A stretch of 64,000 nt of DNA, from NCBI GenBank assembly GCA_021827985.1, contig JAKATL010000006.1:18944-82943 (forward strand), written 5' to 3'. Origin of the DNA: a bacterium (GTDB lineage: Bacteria > Chloroflexota > Dormibacteria > Aeolococcales > Bog-877). The notes below the pieces were generated by a model. That model was not told where the DNA came from and ran no database searches. It was given only the letters and a program-made list of their open reading frames with translations. The translations under genes were made by a program, and so were the position numbers. This document shows, one piece after another, positions 48,833-57,936 of this stretch. How positions within the stretch are numbered: the first letter of the stretch is position 1; the number at the start of each line of letters is the position of its first letter.

Positions 48833-49091
48833 TCAGCGGCCACCCAGCCGCGTCTTGCCGTCGAGCAGCTCCCGGGCGATGTCCAGATGCCCGGCATGCC
48901 GTGAGGTCTCCTCGATCATGTGCAGCACGACCCAGCGCACGTTCGGAGGCTCGGGGCCGCGGCCGCCGTGCCGCCTCCAGGGGGGGCGGCCGAGAGGAGG
49001 GTTGAGGCGAGTACCGCCTCGGACTGCGCGCACTGGTCGCGGTAGAAGCGGAGGACCTCCGTCGAGGACTCGTCGGTCGTGAACACCACGG
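48833..49091 (-). pseudogene. DinB/DUF664-family gene, 5'-truncated at the IS1380 end and frameshifted
   Basis: The C-terminal frame reads '...PPNVRWVVLHMIEETSRHAGHLDIARELLDGKTRL*', the DinB_2 signature. The upstream part ('VVFTTDESSTEVLRFYRDQCAQSEAVLA...') is in another frame and begins directly at the IS left inverted repeat. Confidence 0.4.
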
Positions 49092-50885
49092 TCAGACCTG
49101 AAGGAGTGGATAAGGACAGGAAGAAGGGTTGGGGGCAGGTAGCAGAAGTGCCTCGCTGACTTGGAAAATGGGGGTTGAGATTCGCCCATCGGCTCCAAGC
49201 AAGAGGCACTCAGCGAGTGAAGCGTACCGCAACCGTCCCCACCGTTCACCGCGGCCCCGATGACCCGACCCTGACCGGCCATGCCGGACTGCTGCTGGTG
49301 CGGGACCTGAACTCCAAGCTGCACTTGGTGGAGCGGCTGGACGCGGCGGTGGATAAGGTGCGGCAGTTCAAGCAGCGGCGCCGGGGGCTGAGCGGCGGCG
49401 AGCTGCTGGTCTGCCTTGGGGAGTCCATCCTGGCCGGGGGCAGCCATCTGGCTCACCTGGATCCTCTGCGTGAGGATGAGGCCGGCCGGGTGCTGCGGGC
49501 GGTGGCCAGGGTGCCCGCTCCAGAGACCGCCAGCCAGCTGCTGCCGCGGTTCACCCAGCGCCAGGTGGAGGCGGTGGTGGCCGAGCTGGCCCAGGCGGGA
49601 GTGGAGCTGGACCGGATGCTGGGGCTGGCGGAGAAAGACCCGGTGACCCTGGACCTCGACTCCACCACCACCGAGGTCCACGGCGAGCTGAAGGAGGAGG
49701 CCACCTACAACTACGAGGGGAAGCTGAGCTTCGGCTCCCTGCTCTGCACCTGGGCGGAGCGCCGCCGGGTGCTGGCGGCGGGGCTGCGGTCAGGATCCGC
49801 TTCCGACAAGCCGATCGCCCCCCGCCTGGTGCTGAGGGCGCTGCGCACCCTGCCCCGGGGACACGGGGAGGTGCGGCTTAGGGCGGACAGCGGCTTCTAC
49901 AGCGCGGGGTTCCTCAACTGGTGCCGGGGGCACCGGCTGCGGTTCTGCGTGGTGGTGCCCCACTACCAGGTGATGTGGGAGCTGCGGCGGCACCTCTCGC
50001 CCAGCAGCTGGCGGCCCTGCCGGGAGATGGCGGGGGCGGAGGGGGCGGAGCTGCGGTTCACGCCCACCGGCTGGCAGCATGAGCCGCTGCGGCTTCTGGT
50101 GCGGCGGGTCAGGGTGGAGGCGAAGGAGATCTCAAAGTGCCCCAGGAGCCGGCGGAGGAGGACCATCCCCAAGGGGCAGCTGCAGCTGGCCCTCAAGGGG
50201 ATGGTGAGCCACACCTACGCCTATTCCTTCATCGCCACCGACCTGGCCCAGGACGCGGTGGAGCTGGAGTTCTGGCAGCGGCGCCGGGCCCACATCGAGG
50301 AGCGGATCAAGGACCTCAAGCTGGGCTGCGGCCTGATCCACCTGCCCAAGCAAAGGCGCCGGGCCAACTACGCCTGGCAGACCGCGGCCGTGATCGCCAC
50401 CAACCTGACCGCCATGCTCTCGGCGGTCAACGTCTGCCGGGAGCGGCAGGAGGCGAAGGCCGCTGCTGGGGGCAGCCTTGGAGGTGAGCAGCTGGCGGCC
50501 GTGGGCCAGCCCCACAACAGCCAGCTGCTGCGCCGCTGGCTGTTCTCGGTGCCAGCCCGGCTGGTGCGGGGTGGGCGGCGGCTCCGCCTGCGGCTGGCGC
50601 CTGGGATGCTCCACAAGGAGGAGTTCTGGGCCCTGCACCACCAGGTCCTCCGCCTGGCCCCGACCGGGTAGGCCACCCACCACCCTCCAGCGACCGGCCG
50701 CTGCGGCTCCCTTAGGTTCAACGCGCCTTCGGCGGCCCCTCCACACCCTGTTCCGGGGCTGCATGCCCCAGAACCCCATCTGCGGACACCGCCCAAGCCC
50801 GCGACCGCGCCCAACTGGTGCCGCCGCCGCGTCCTTCAGCCCTCCCGCCGGCTCACTCCCAGCCTATCCACTCTTTCAGGTCTGA
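49092..50885 (+). mobile_element. IS1380-family insertion sequence (~1.8 kb)
   Basis: Terminal inverted repeats TCAGACCTGAAGGAGTGGATAAGG (49092-49115) and its reverse complement CCTATCCACTCTTTCAGGTCTGA (50863-50885), matching at 22 of 24 positions. The element contains a single DDE transposase gene. The flanks differ, so no target-site duplication is evident. Confidence 0.75.
49175..50671 (+). CDS. IS1380-family DDE transposase
   Basis: 'LDLDSTTTEVHG', 'RADSGFYSAGFLNWC' and 'YAYSFIATDL' are IS1380/DDE_Tnp_1-like motifs. ~450-500 aa. Confidence 0.8.
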   Translation: MRFAHRLQARGTQRVKRTATVPTVHRGPDDPTLTGHAGLLLVRDLNSKLHLVERLDAAVDKVRQFKQRRRGLSGGELLVCLGESILAGGSHLAHLDPLREDEAGRVLRAVARVPAPETASQLLPRFTQRQVEAVVAELAQAGVELDRMLGLAEKDPVTLDLDSTTTEVHGELKEEATYNYEGKLSFGSLLCTWAERRRVLAAGLRSGSASDKPIAPRLVLRALRTLPRGHGEVRLRADSGFYSAGFLNWCRGHRLRFCVVVPHYQVMWELRRHLSPSSWRPCREMAGAEGAELRFTPTGWQHEPLRLLVRRVRVEAKEISKCPRSRRRRTIPKGQLQLALKGMVSHTYAYSFIATDLAQDAVELEFWQRRRAHIEERIKDLKLGCGLIHLPKQRRRANYAWQTAAVIATNLTAMLSAVNVCRERQEAKAAAGGSLGGEQLAAVGQPHNSQLLRRWLFSVPARLVRGGRRLRLRLAPGMLHKEEFWALHHQVLRLAPTG

Positions 50886-51434
50886 TGCGCAAGACTTCTC
50901 GTAAACGCAGAGCACCAGCGCCGCCTCCGGGGGATGTAGGTACAGCCCCCCGATGTCCCGCACCTTCTCCACCAGCTGAGGATCGTTGGAGAGCTTGAAG
51001 CTCTCGCTGCGGTGCGGCTGCAGACCGAAGGCATGCCAGATGCGCAGCACGGTGGTGTCGCTCAGCCCACTGGCCTCGGCCATGCTCCTGGTGGTCCAGT
51101 GGGTGGCGTTGGCCGGCTCGGTCTCCAGAGTTCGCACCACCACCTGCTCCACCTGCTCGTCGGTGATGCGCCGGGGAGCCCCGCATCGGGGCTCGTCCAG
51201 AAGACCCGCCAGCCCCCGGCTGATGTAGCGCTGCCGCCACTTCCCCACCGTGGCAGCGCTCACCCGCAGCTGGGCAGCCACCTCCCGGTTGCTGATCCCG
51301 TCGGCGCAGCGCAGAACGATGTCCGCCCGGCGCGCCAGACCGTTCGAGGTGGTCCTCCGACGCCGCCAGCGCCGGAGATGCTCCCGGTCCTCCGGGCTGA
51401 CCAGCAGTTGGGGTTTGGGACGGCCACGGAGCAT
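50886..51434 (-). pseudogene. IS630-family transposase, N-terminal half, interrupted by the IS1380 insertion
   Basis: 'RRADIVLRCADGISNREVAAQLRVSAATVGKWRQRY...HWTTRSMAEASGLSDTTVLRIWHAFGLQPHRSESFKLSNDPQLVEKVRDIGGLYLHPPEAALVLCVYEKS' is the IS630 helix-turn-helix/N-terminal region. After 'EKSCA' the frame reads straight into the IS1380 right inverted repeat and stops. The DDE half is absent. Confidence 0.7.
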
Positions 51435-51528
51435 GATCTGGCCCTCACTGTGAGGCCCGGAGTGACCATCCCGTTCTCCCCTATACCTTCAAGAGCAGGA
51501 CACCAGGACGGCTTGGTGCTGCGTTACG

Positions 51529-51594
51529 CCCCGTATTAGGGCATTTAGAAGTGACCCGAACGCGTGGTAGCTGCGTCTACCCCCGTATAAGGGG
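51529..51594. promoter_or_regulatory. two near-palindromic repeats (CCCCGTATTAGGG and CCCCCGTATAAGGGG) plus a TATACT -10-like box immediately upstream of the abiEi GTG
   Basis: Seen in sequence in an unusually AT-rich 80-bp patch. TATACT lies 6 nt before the GTG at 51607, which is preceded by GAGG. Confidence 0.3.
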
Positions 51595-51606
51595 TATACT
51601 GAGGTA

Positions 51607-52314
51607 GTGCCACGTCCTTCAGTTTTGCCTCGGCTCCAGGAGCTAGCCCAGGAGCAATGGGGGCTCGTCACCCGTCGCCAGATGGGGGACCAGGGGATCG
51701 GCCCCACCACGCTAGACCGCCTGACGTCGCCGGGAGGGGTCCTCGACCGGGTGGCGACCGGCGTGTACCGAGTCGTGGGCGCCCCGGTCCCAGATCACAT
51801 GGAACTCCGGGCGGCGTGGCTCCAGCTCGCTCCGCGCCTCCCGGCGTGGGAGCGGACGGCAATGGAGGGCGTGGTCTCCCACCGGTCAGCGGCCGCCATG
51901 TACGGGCTGGGACACCTTCCTGCAGACCGCCACGAATTCACTCTCCCCAAGCGCCACCAGACTCGCCGGTCCGACGTGCGTATCCACGTCCTGCCTCTCC
52001 GGGATACAGAGTGGATCGGGCTCCGGGGACTGCCGGTCACCCGGCCCTCGCGAATCGCCTCCGATCTCCTTTTCGACCATGAGGACCCAGAAGCCGTCGC
52101 CCGTCTCATCACCGACGCCATCCGTCCCGCCTACGACTACCCGGGCACCATGGCGGACAGCCTCGCCCCCCTGGCTGCCCGGTTCGGGCTGCGAAAGGGA
52201 GATGGGCTGGCGCTTCTGCGGTGGTTTCTTGACATGACGGGCGACCGTGACGCCAACCGGTGGATGGGCGAGGCCCGGGCACACGTCGAACGCACGGCGA
52301 AGGCGGCGACGTGA
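51607..52314 (+). CDS. abiEi: AbiEi-family antitoxin/transcriptional regulator (type IV TA)
   Basis: N-terminal winged helix 'WGLVTRRQMGDQGIGPTTLDRLTSPGGVLDRVATGVYRVVGAP' is typical AbiEi_4. A C-terminal domain is present. It overlaps abiEii by 4 nt (GTGA). Confidence 0.75.
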   Translation: MPRPSVLPRLQELAQEQWGLVTRRQMGDQGIGPTTLDRLTSPGGVLDRVATGVYRVVGAPVPDHMELRAAWLQLAPRLPAWERTAMEGVVSHRSAAAMYGLGHLPADRHEFTLPKRHQTRRSDVRIHVLPLRDTEWIGLRGLPVTRPSRIASDLLFDHEDPEAVARLITDAIRPAYDYPGTMADSLAPLAARFGLRKGDGLALLRWFLDMTGDRDANRWMGEARAHVERTAKAAT

Positions 52315-53199
52315 GCGCCGGCGACCGTTACGCCACGCCGGCCACCTTCCGGCGGGCGCTCACGGACCGGCTCAAGGCGGCCGCCAGGGAGGGACGGTGG
52401 ACCCTCCCACAACTGCAACGCCAGGTCGCCTATGACCGTCTGATCGAGCGGCTGTACCTGATCGACGACGGATGGATCGTCAAGGGAGCGACTGCGCTGC
52501 TCGCCCGTGAAATCGGCGTGCGCGGAAGTCTAGATGTGGACCTCTATCGGGATGTGGCTCGGGAGATCGCCGAGAAGGAGTTGCGGCGGGCTGGTGCCAC
52601 CGACATCGGGGACTGGTTCCGATTCGAGATCGGCGGTGGCATCGAGGGCCGCAACCACTCGGTGCGCCTACCGGTAAACGCAACCATCGGGGCGACGACG
52701 TGGGTGGAGTTTCACATCGACCTAGTCGGATCGGACCTGCGCATGACGGGCCCGCCAGAGGACGTGCCGCCGCTGGCCCGTGGAGTGATCCCCGAGGTGG
52801 GACAGCGGGGCTACCGGGCCTATCCGCTGGTGGACCATATCGCCGACAAGATCGCGGCGACATAAGAACGCTACGGCGAGGAGCGCCGCCCCTCGACCCG
52901 GTACCGCGATCTGGTGGACTTTGGTTGCCATGGTGAGGGCCGCGGCGGTGGACGCCCCCGCCCAGAGCGCCGCGTTGATATCCGAGTTCGATCGGCGCGG
53001 ACTAATCCTGCCGGCGCACTTCGAGGTTCCTGATGGCGCGCTGTGGGAACCGGGGTATGGGGCGGAGGTTCGACGATCGCTCCTCGACACGGTGCAGACG
53101 CTGGTGGAGGCATTGGCGGTGGTGCGCCCGTTCATCGATCCGCTCCTCGCTGGCACCGCCACCAGGTCGTGGGAGCCGGGACTGCGGCGCTGGAGCTGA
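52311..53199 (+). pseudogene. abiEii: AbiEii-family nucleotidyltransferase toxin (DUF1814), inactivated
   Basis: 'ATFRRALTDRLKAAAREGRWTLPQLQRQVAYDRLIERLYLIDDGWIVKGATALLAR' and 'RPSTRYRDLVD' then 'LVAMV...' span a normal ~295-aa AbiEii. It contains an in-frame TAA at 52863-52865 and a +1 shift, an extra T in the TTT run near 52920-52922. Confidence 0.7.
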
Positions 53200-53464
53200 C
53201 GCCCTGCGGGCCATCGTGTCTGCGACCGCCCCTGACCAGCCCGCAACGCATCCTCACCAGCGAGGGGTACGGAGAGGCCAGTCGACCCGTACCGATCCGA
53301 GGGGCCCCCTCCCTGCGGGGGAGTCCACCGCCGAGGGACGACCGGGCGTGGGGTCCTAGAGCCGGCCCGAATTCCCAGCGGAGAGAGGGCCCTCTCCAGG
53401 ACCTGCCTCACGGGAAGGGAGCTGTCCCAGCCCTGGGCGGATGTCGGCCGGAGTGAGGCGGCGC

Positions 53465-54937
53465 TCAGGCGGTGGGGGGTGGACGGTGCTGAGTGTGACG
53501 GCCCGAACCGGCCCCGGCCAGCCGGGTGCGCAGCTCTTCCAGGATCTCCCTTGTCATCCCCGGCCCCCGGTCGATGTGTTGTTCGAAATCCAGAAGCAGC
53601 GCCTCAACCATCTCCCTGCCGTCCCGGCTCCGCATCGCCTGGAGCGGGGTGCGGCCGTTGAGGGCCGGGAGCGGCATCGAGGGCCACTCCCGGTAGTGGG
53701 CCCTCATGCGCTCGGCCAGGAAGCTCTGGACCTCCGGTCGGCTGTTGAGCTCCTCACTCTCAGCATCGGCGGACGGTCCCCGGGACCGACTGCTCTCCAG
53801 AGCCGATTCCAGTGATTCCAGAACCGTGGCGAGGTGACGACTGCCCTCGGGAAGTCGCTCCTCAGCGATCTTACGAATCCTCTGGGCGCGCTCCTCCGAG
53901 TTGACCTCCACCACCACCCGCTGGCCATCGAGCATGACCCGGCCGAGGGCGGTGAAGCTCCCAAGCAGAGCCGGACCGCCCTGGCGCAGCCAGGGGAACT
54001 CGACCGCCAGCAGCTCCCCCTGCGCATCGAAGGTCGCCTCCCGCAGCAGGTCGGCGGGACTGGTGTCGAGGCTGAGGGGGGCCAGCGCGTCGAACGCGCT
54101 GCGGGCGGAGGGGACCTCAAAGGTGACTCTGGCAAACACCAGGGGCTCTCCATCAGTGTTCTGCATGACCGGTGCTCGAGGATGGAGCAGCCGATCCGCG
54201 ATCTCACGGTAGGTGGCGAACAGATCGAGCTCGTGTTCCCGGAGCGTCGCCGAGCTGATCGCCCGCCGACCCGGGCGGAGACGGTTACGCAGCTCGATGA
54301 TGCCCGCCTTCTCCAGGGGAGGAAAGCCGATCGGAGCGCAGCCGTCGAGGATGGAGAGGCCATCCACCGTGGCCACCCGGGCGAGCAGGATCTCGCCCGG
54401 GCGCGCCGACTGCGAGGCTGTCTTCTCCACCACCTGCGCCTCGGCTCCGGTGAGGCAGTCCCTCATGGTGAGGCCGGTGCCGGGTTCCACCCGGACCACA
54501 TCGTGGAAGCTGAAGACCGCCTCCGTGCTGGCGGCAAGGTAGCGAAGGGCCAGGGGGCCCTGCTCCCGGCCGCGGCGCCGAAGGTAGCGTGCCGCCAGGG
54601 TCAGGCCCTCCACCTCCCGGCTGTCCCTCAGCTCGGGACCGGGCACCCACTGGTACACGCACCAGGGGACGAAGATGGGAATCTCCGGGGAGTCGGGCTC
54701 CAGGTGGCTGCTGCTGGACCCAGAGAACCTTCCCCAGGCCAGGTCGACCACGCCCCGACCGTACGACGCGACCGCGAAGCGCAGGACGTCCGAGGGCAGG
54801 CGCAGCGATGCCTCATGCACCTGGCTCCAGAGGTCGCCTGGTTCAGGCGCATCGCTCCAGCGGCCCAGGTGGCACTGCTTGTACTTGCGCCCGCTCCCGC
54901 AGGGGCAGGGCTGGTTGCGGCCCGGTTCCACAGCCAT
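53465..54937 (-). CDS. SEC-C metal-binding motif protein with C-terminal Xre/MbcA/ParS-like (DUF2384-type) domain
   Basis: N-terminus 'MAVEPGRNQPCPCGSGRKYKQCH' is a SEC-C zinc motif. The C-terminus 'LPALNGRTPLQAMRSRDGREMVEALLLDFEQ' resembles the toxin-binding domain of DUF2384 antitoxins. The ~350-aa middle region is unassigned. Confidence 0.65.
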   Translation of the reverse strand: MAVEPGRNQPCPCGSGRKYKQCHLGRWSDAPEPGDLWSQVHEASLRLPSDVLRFAVASYGRGVVDLAWGRFSGSSSSHLEPDSPEIPIFVPWCVYQWVPGPELRDSREVEGLTLAARYLRRRGREQGPLALRYLAASTEAVFSFHDVVRVEPGTGLTMRDCLTGAEAQVVEKTASQSARPGEILLARVATVDGLSILDGCAPIGFPPLEKAGIIELRNRLRPGRRAISSATLREHELDLFATYREIADRLLHPRAPVMQNTDGEPLVFARVTFEVPSARSAFDALAPLSLDTSPADLLREATFDAQGELLAVEFPWLRQGGPALLGSFTALGRVMLDGQRVVVEVNSEERAQRIRKIAEERLPEGSRHLATVLESLESALESSRSRGPSADAESEELNSRPEVQSFLAERMRAHYREWPSMPLPALNGRTPLQAMRSRDGREMVEALLLDFEQHIDRGPGMTREILEELRTRLAGAGSGRHTQHRPPPTA

Positions 54938-55192
54938 CGATGGTAATTCGTCGAACTGGCGCCCGCCCGCGGCGGTGGTGCCCGTGGTCACCCCACCCCG
55001 CTCCGGCGAGATCCGCTCACCCTCGCCCCGCCGCGCCGACCCCCAGCTGCCTGCCAGGTTCGACAGGCAGGCGGTGAGCGCTATCCCCGATGCCCGGTGG
55101 CTTGGGGGTGCCGCGTCGCCGCCCAACGGTCCACTGACCGCCGGGAGGTGCGTCGGCACCGGCGCGCGCCGGCCCCTATCATCCGGCCCAAG

Positions 55193-57058
55193 GTGACCAT
55201 CCCTCGGGCAACCTCGCTGCCGCTGCTGGGTGCCTACGCGGCCCGCCAGTGCCCGGTCCGGGCCCAGTGGGACCTGCTCCGGCCGTGCGAGCCGCCGCCG
55301 CCGTCGCCGGCCCAGGAGCGGCTGGCGAGACGCGGCCGGGAGTTCGAGGCCCAGATTCTCTCCCGGGTCCTAGAGCTGCACCCGGGGGCGGTGGCGGTCC
55401 CCCCGCTACCCGCCCCGGATCGCGAGCAGGCCACCGCTCAGGCCATGGCGGCCGGGGCGCCGGTGATCACCAGAGGGCGTCTCCCCCAGGACCTCATCGG
55501 TCAGCGGGTGGGCGAGCCCGACCTGCTGGTCCGGGCCCCCGGCGGGGGCTACCGGCCGGTGGACATCAAGCATCATCTGGCGCTCACCTCAGAGCCGAGC
55601 CCGTTCGCGGGCCGGAGCGCGCCCCTCAAGCTCCTGACCTGGGAGGAGGCCGGCGAGGAACAAGGGCGTTGGGCGAGGAAGAACCGGGAGGACCTTCTCC
55701 AGCTCGCCCACTACCACAGGATGCTGGAGGCAGGTGGCTTCGCCGTGGACGGCGAGCGCTGGGCGGGGATCGTGGGCCGCGAGGCAAGGGTTGTCTGGTA
55801 CCACCTGGACCTGCCGGTCTGGGCCGGAGCCGATGCCCCGGGCGGAGGCCGCCGCCGCTCGACCATGGAGCTGTACGACTCGGAGTTCGCCCGGCGCCGG
55901 GAGGTGGTCGAGGCCGCGGCCCGGCACCGGCTCGATCCCACAGTGCCCCTTAGGGCAACCCCGGTGCGGATCGGGGAGTGCACCCAGTGCCCGTGGTGGT
56001 GCTGGTGTGGACCAATCCTGCACTCCGGGGCCGGAAGTGTCAGCCTTCTCCCCCGGACCGGGGAGCGGGCCTACCGGGTCCACCTCTCGCACGGGGTCAC
56101 CGACCGCCGGGAGCTGGCCGGGCTGGACCACAGGACCGCTCTGCTCGTCTCTTCCGGAGTGGACGTCCGGCCACTTCTGGCCGCCTTGGGCAGGCTCCCC
56201 GATGCCACCCCTGCCGCCGAGGTGCTCGGCCGCCGGCGGAGCGGCCAGCTCCGGCGGCTCGATCGGGCGGGCATCCGCACCCTGGGAGACGCTCGCGCCC
56301 TCAGCGAGACAACCGCCGCCTACGCAGCCGCTCCCCTGCCAGCCCTGCCGGAGCAGATCGACCAGGCGCGGGCCGCGCTGGGGCCGGCTGCGGTGTACCG
56401 GCGACGCGGGGTCCTGGCGGTCAGCGCGCCGCGGGCCGACGTCGAGGTCGACATCGATATGGAGAACGTGGAGGACGGCGTGTACCTATGGGGCACCCTC
56501 ACCACCCCGCGAGTGCCGGGAGCCGCGCTGGAGGATGGGTACCGGCCCTTCCACATGTGGGAGCCGCTCACCCCGGCGACGGAGCTGAGCCTCTTCCGCA
56601 GCTTCTGGGAGTGGCTCAGCGGCTTGCGTGAGGCCTGCCGGATCCGGGGCCTCTCATTTCGTGCCTACTGCTACAACTCCGGTGCCGAGACCGGCCAGAT
56701 GAGGAGGATCTCCGCCGGCACCGATCTGGCCGGCCCGGTCGCCGCCTTCACCGGCAGCCCCGAGTGGGTCGACCTGCTGCCGGTCTTCAGCTTGCAGCTG
56801 ATCACCGGGGCGGGAATCGGGCTCAAGGAGGTGGCGCCCCTGGCGGGCTTCTCCTGGGAGGTGGACGATCCCGGTGGGGCGGAGTCGATGGTGAAGTACG
56901 AGGAGGCGGTGGCCCAGGTGGACTCCTCCCGGGCCGGGGCCGCGCGCAGTTGGCTCCTTTCGTACAACCGCAGCGACGTCGAGGCGACGCTGGCACTTCG
57001 CGAGTGGTTGGGGCGCGGGGCCGACGACCCGCCAAGGGTGGAGGACCTCGGTCCGTAG
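55193..57058 (+). CDS. TM0106-family RecB-like nuclease (PD-(D/E)xK with Cys cluster) fused to an RNase H-like exonuclease domain
   Basis: 'QCPVRAQWDL', 'GEPDLLVR...YRPVDIKHH' (a D-x-K nuclease core) and a 'GECTQCPWWCWCGP' cysteine cluster, followed by a C-terminal RNase H-like region ('VEVDIDMENVEDGVYLWG...AYCYNSGAE'). The start is uncertain. Confidence 0.7.
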   Translation: MTIPRATSLPLLGAYAARQCPVRAQWDLLRPCEPPPPSPAQERLARRGREFEAQILSRVLELHPGAVAVPPLPAPDREQATAQAMAAGAPVITRGRLPQDLIGQRVGEPDLLVRAPGGGYRPVDIKHHLALTSEPSPFAGRSAPLKLLTWEEAGEEQGRWARKNREDLLQLAHYHRMLEAGGFAVDGERWAGIVGREARVVWYHLDLPVWAGADAPGGGRRRSTMELYDSEFARRREVVEAAARHRLDPTVPLRATPVRIGECTQCPWWCWCGPILHSGAGSVSLLPRTGERAYRVHLSHGVTDRRELAGLDHRTALLVSSGVDVRPLLAALGRLPDATPAAEVLGRRRSGQLRRLDRAGIRTLGDARALSETTAAYAAAPLPALPEQIDQARAALGPAAVYRRRGVLAVSAPRADVEVDIDMENVEDGVYLWGTLTTPRVPGAALEDGYRPFHMWEPLTPATELSLFRSFWEWLSGLREACRIRGLSFRAYCYNSGAETGQMRRISAGTDLAGPVAAFTGSPEWVDLLPVFSLQLITGAGIGLKEVAPLAGFSWEVDDPGGAESMVKYEEAVAQVDSSRAGAARSWLLSYNRSDVEATLALREWLGRGADDPPRVEDLGP

Positions 57059-57936
57059 GCGGATTCCGACGGGCACCCAGCGCAGGTCGCCGCGCAAGAC
57101 CCACTGCCCCCTCCCCTCGCGGCGCCCCACCCCGGGCCCCTTCCCGGAGGTGGAGCACCGCCTTTGCGGCCCCGATTCCAACCTTTTCCCGCTCGCGACC
57201 GGCAGGTGGGGGCTTGGCTCGACTGCTGCGCGCACCTTCCCCGCCAGGGCCGCGATCTGGCGGCGGCTCCCGGCGAGGGGCGCGTCCCCCGAGGGGACCT
57301 GCAGGTGATTGGGGGCGCTCCACGAGGGGCGGAGTAGCGGACGGCACGCTCTTGGCCCGTGGCCAGAGCCGCCGCACCGCCACTGCCTGGACACCCAGGG
57401 GCCCAGAAGCCGAGGGCAGGGGACCCGCGCCTCCCTCACGGGTGCCCCCTGCCCTCGGCATCCGCCTACTCGCCCCGGCGGGGAGCGTCCAGCCTTTCCC
57501 CCGCCACCTTCACCCGGCGGGTGTGGGCCGCAGTCCTAAGTGCGCTGTCGGGTGCTGGAGGCAGGTCTGGGGAGCCGACCCGGTTCGGGGAGGCCGCCTG
57601 CCCGGAGCCGCTCACGGCGGATCCGGATTGCACAGCTGCCGTAGCATGGGGCGGAGTGGACTGTCCGCACCCCCGCCTGGTCGCTGGTGAGGCGGTGCTG
57701 CCCGCGAGAGCCAGACCCCGGATCTCCGCCGGCCGGGATCCTGAGCGGGAGCTTTTGGGAGATCTTTGGAGGTACCCATCCCGGGGAGGTGGGGAGCACC
57801 GCGGCGAGAAGCGCCCTGAGGAGGATGGCGCCCCCATCCGGCCCCACGGCCTTGGCTGGGGCCCTGAGGCACTCCACGCTCAACCTGGCGCGAGCTTGGC
57901 CGCGGGCGGACGGGCCTCACGAGGTGCCGGAAGCTG

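Noticed and set aside
53834-54946. 370-aa plus ORF antisense to the SEC-C protein gene
   Set aside because: It has low-complexity composition. The SEC-C and DUF2384-like motifs are only found in the minus frame.
55234-57690. Multiple Gly/Arg/Pro-rich ORFs overlapping the TM0106 nuclease gene and the downstream spacer (for example 55249..55953, 55734..56588, 56764..57690)
   Set aside because: These are alternative-frame artefacts with no domain content.
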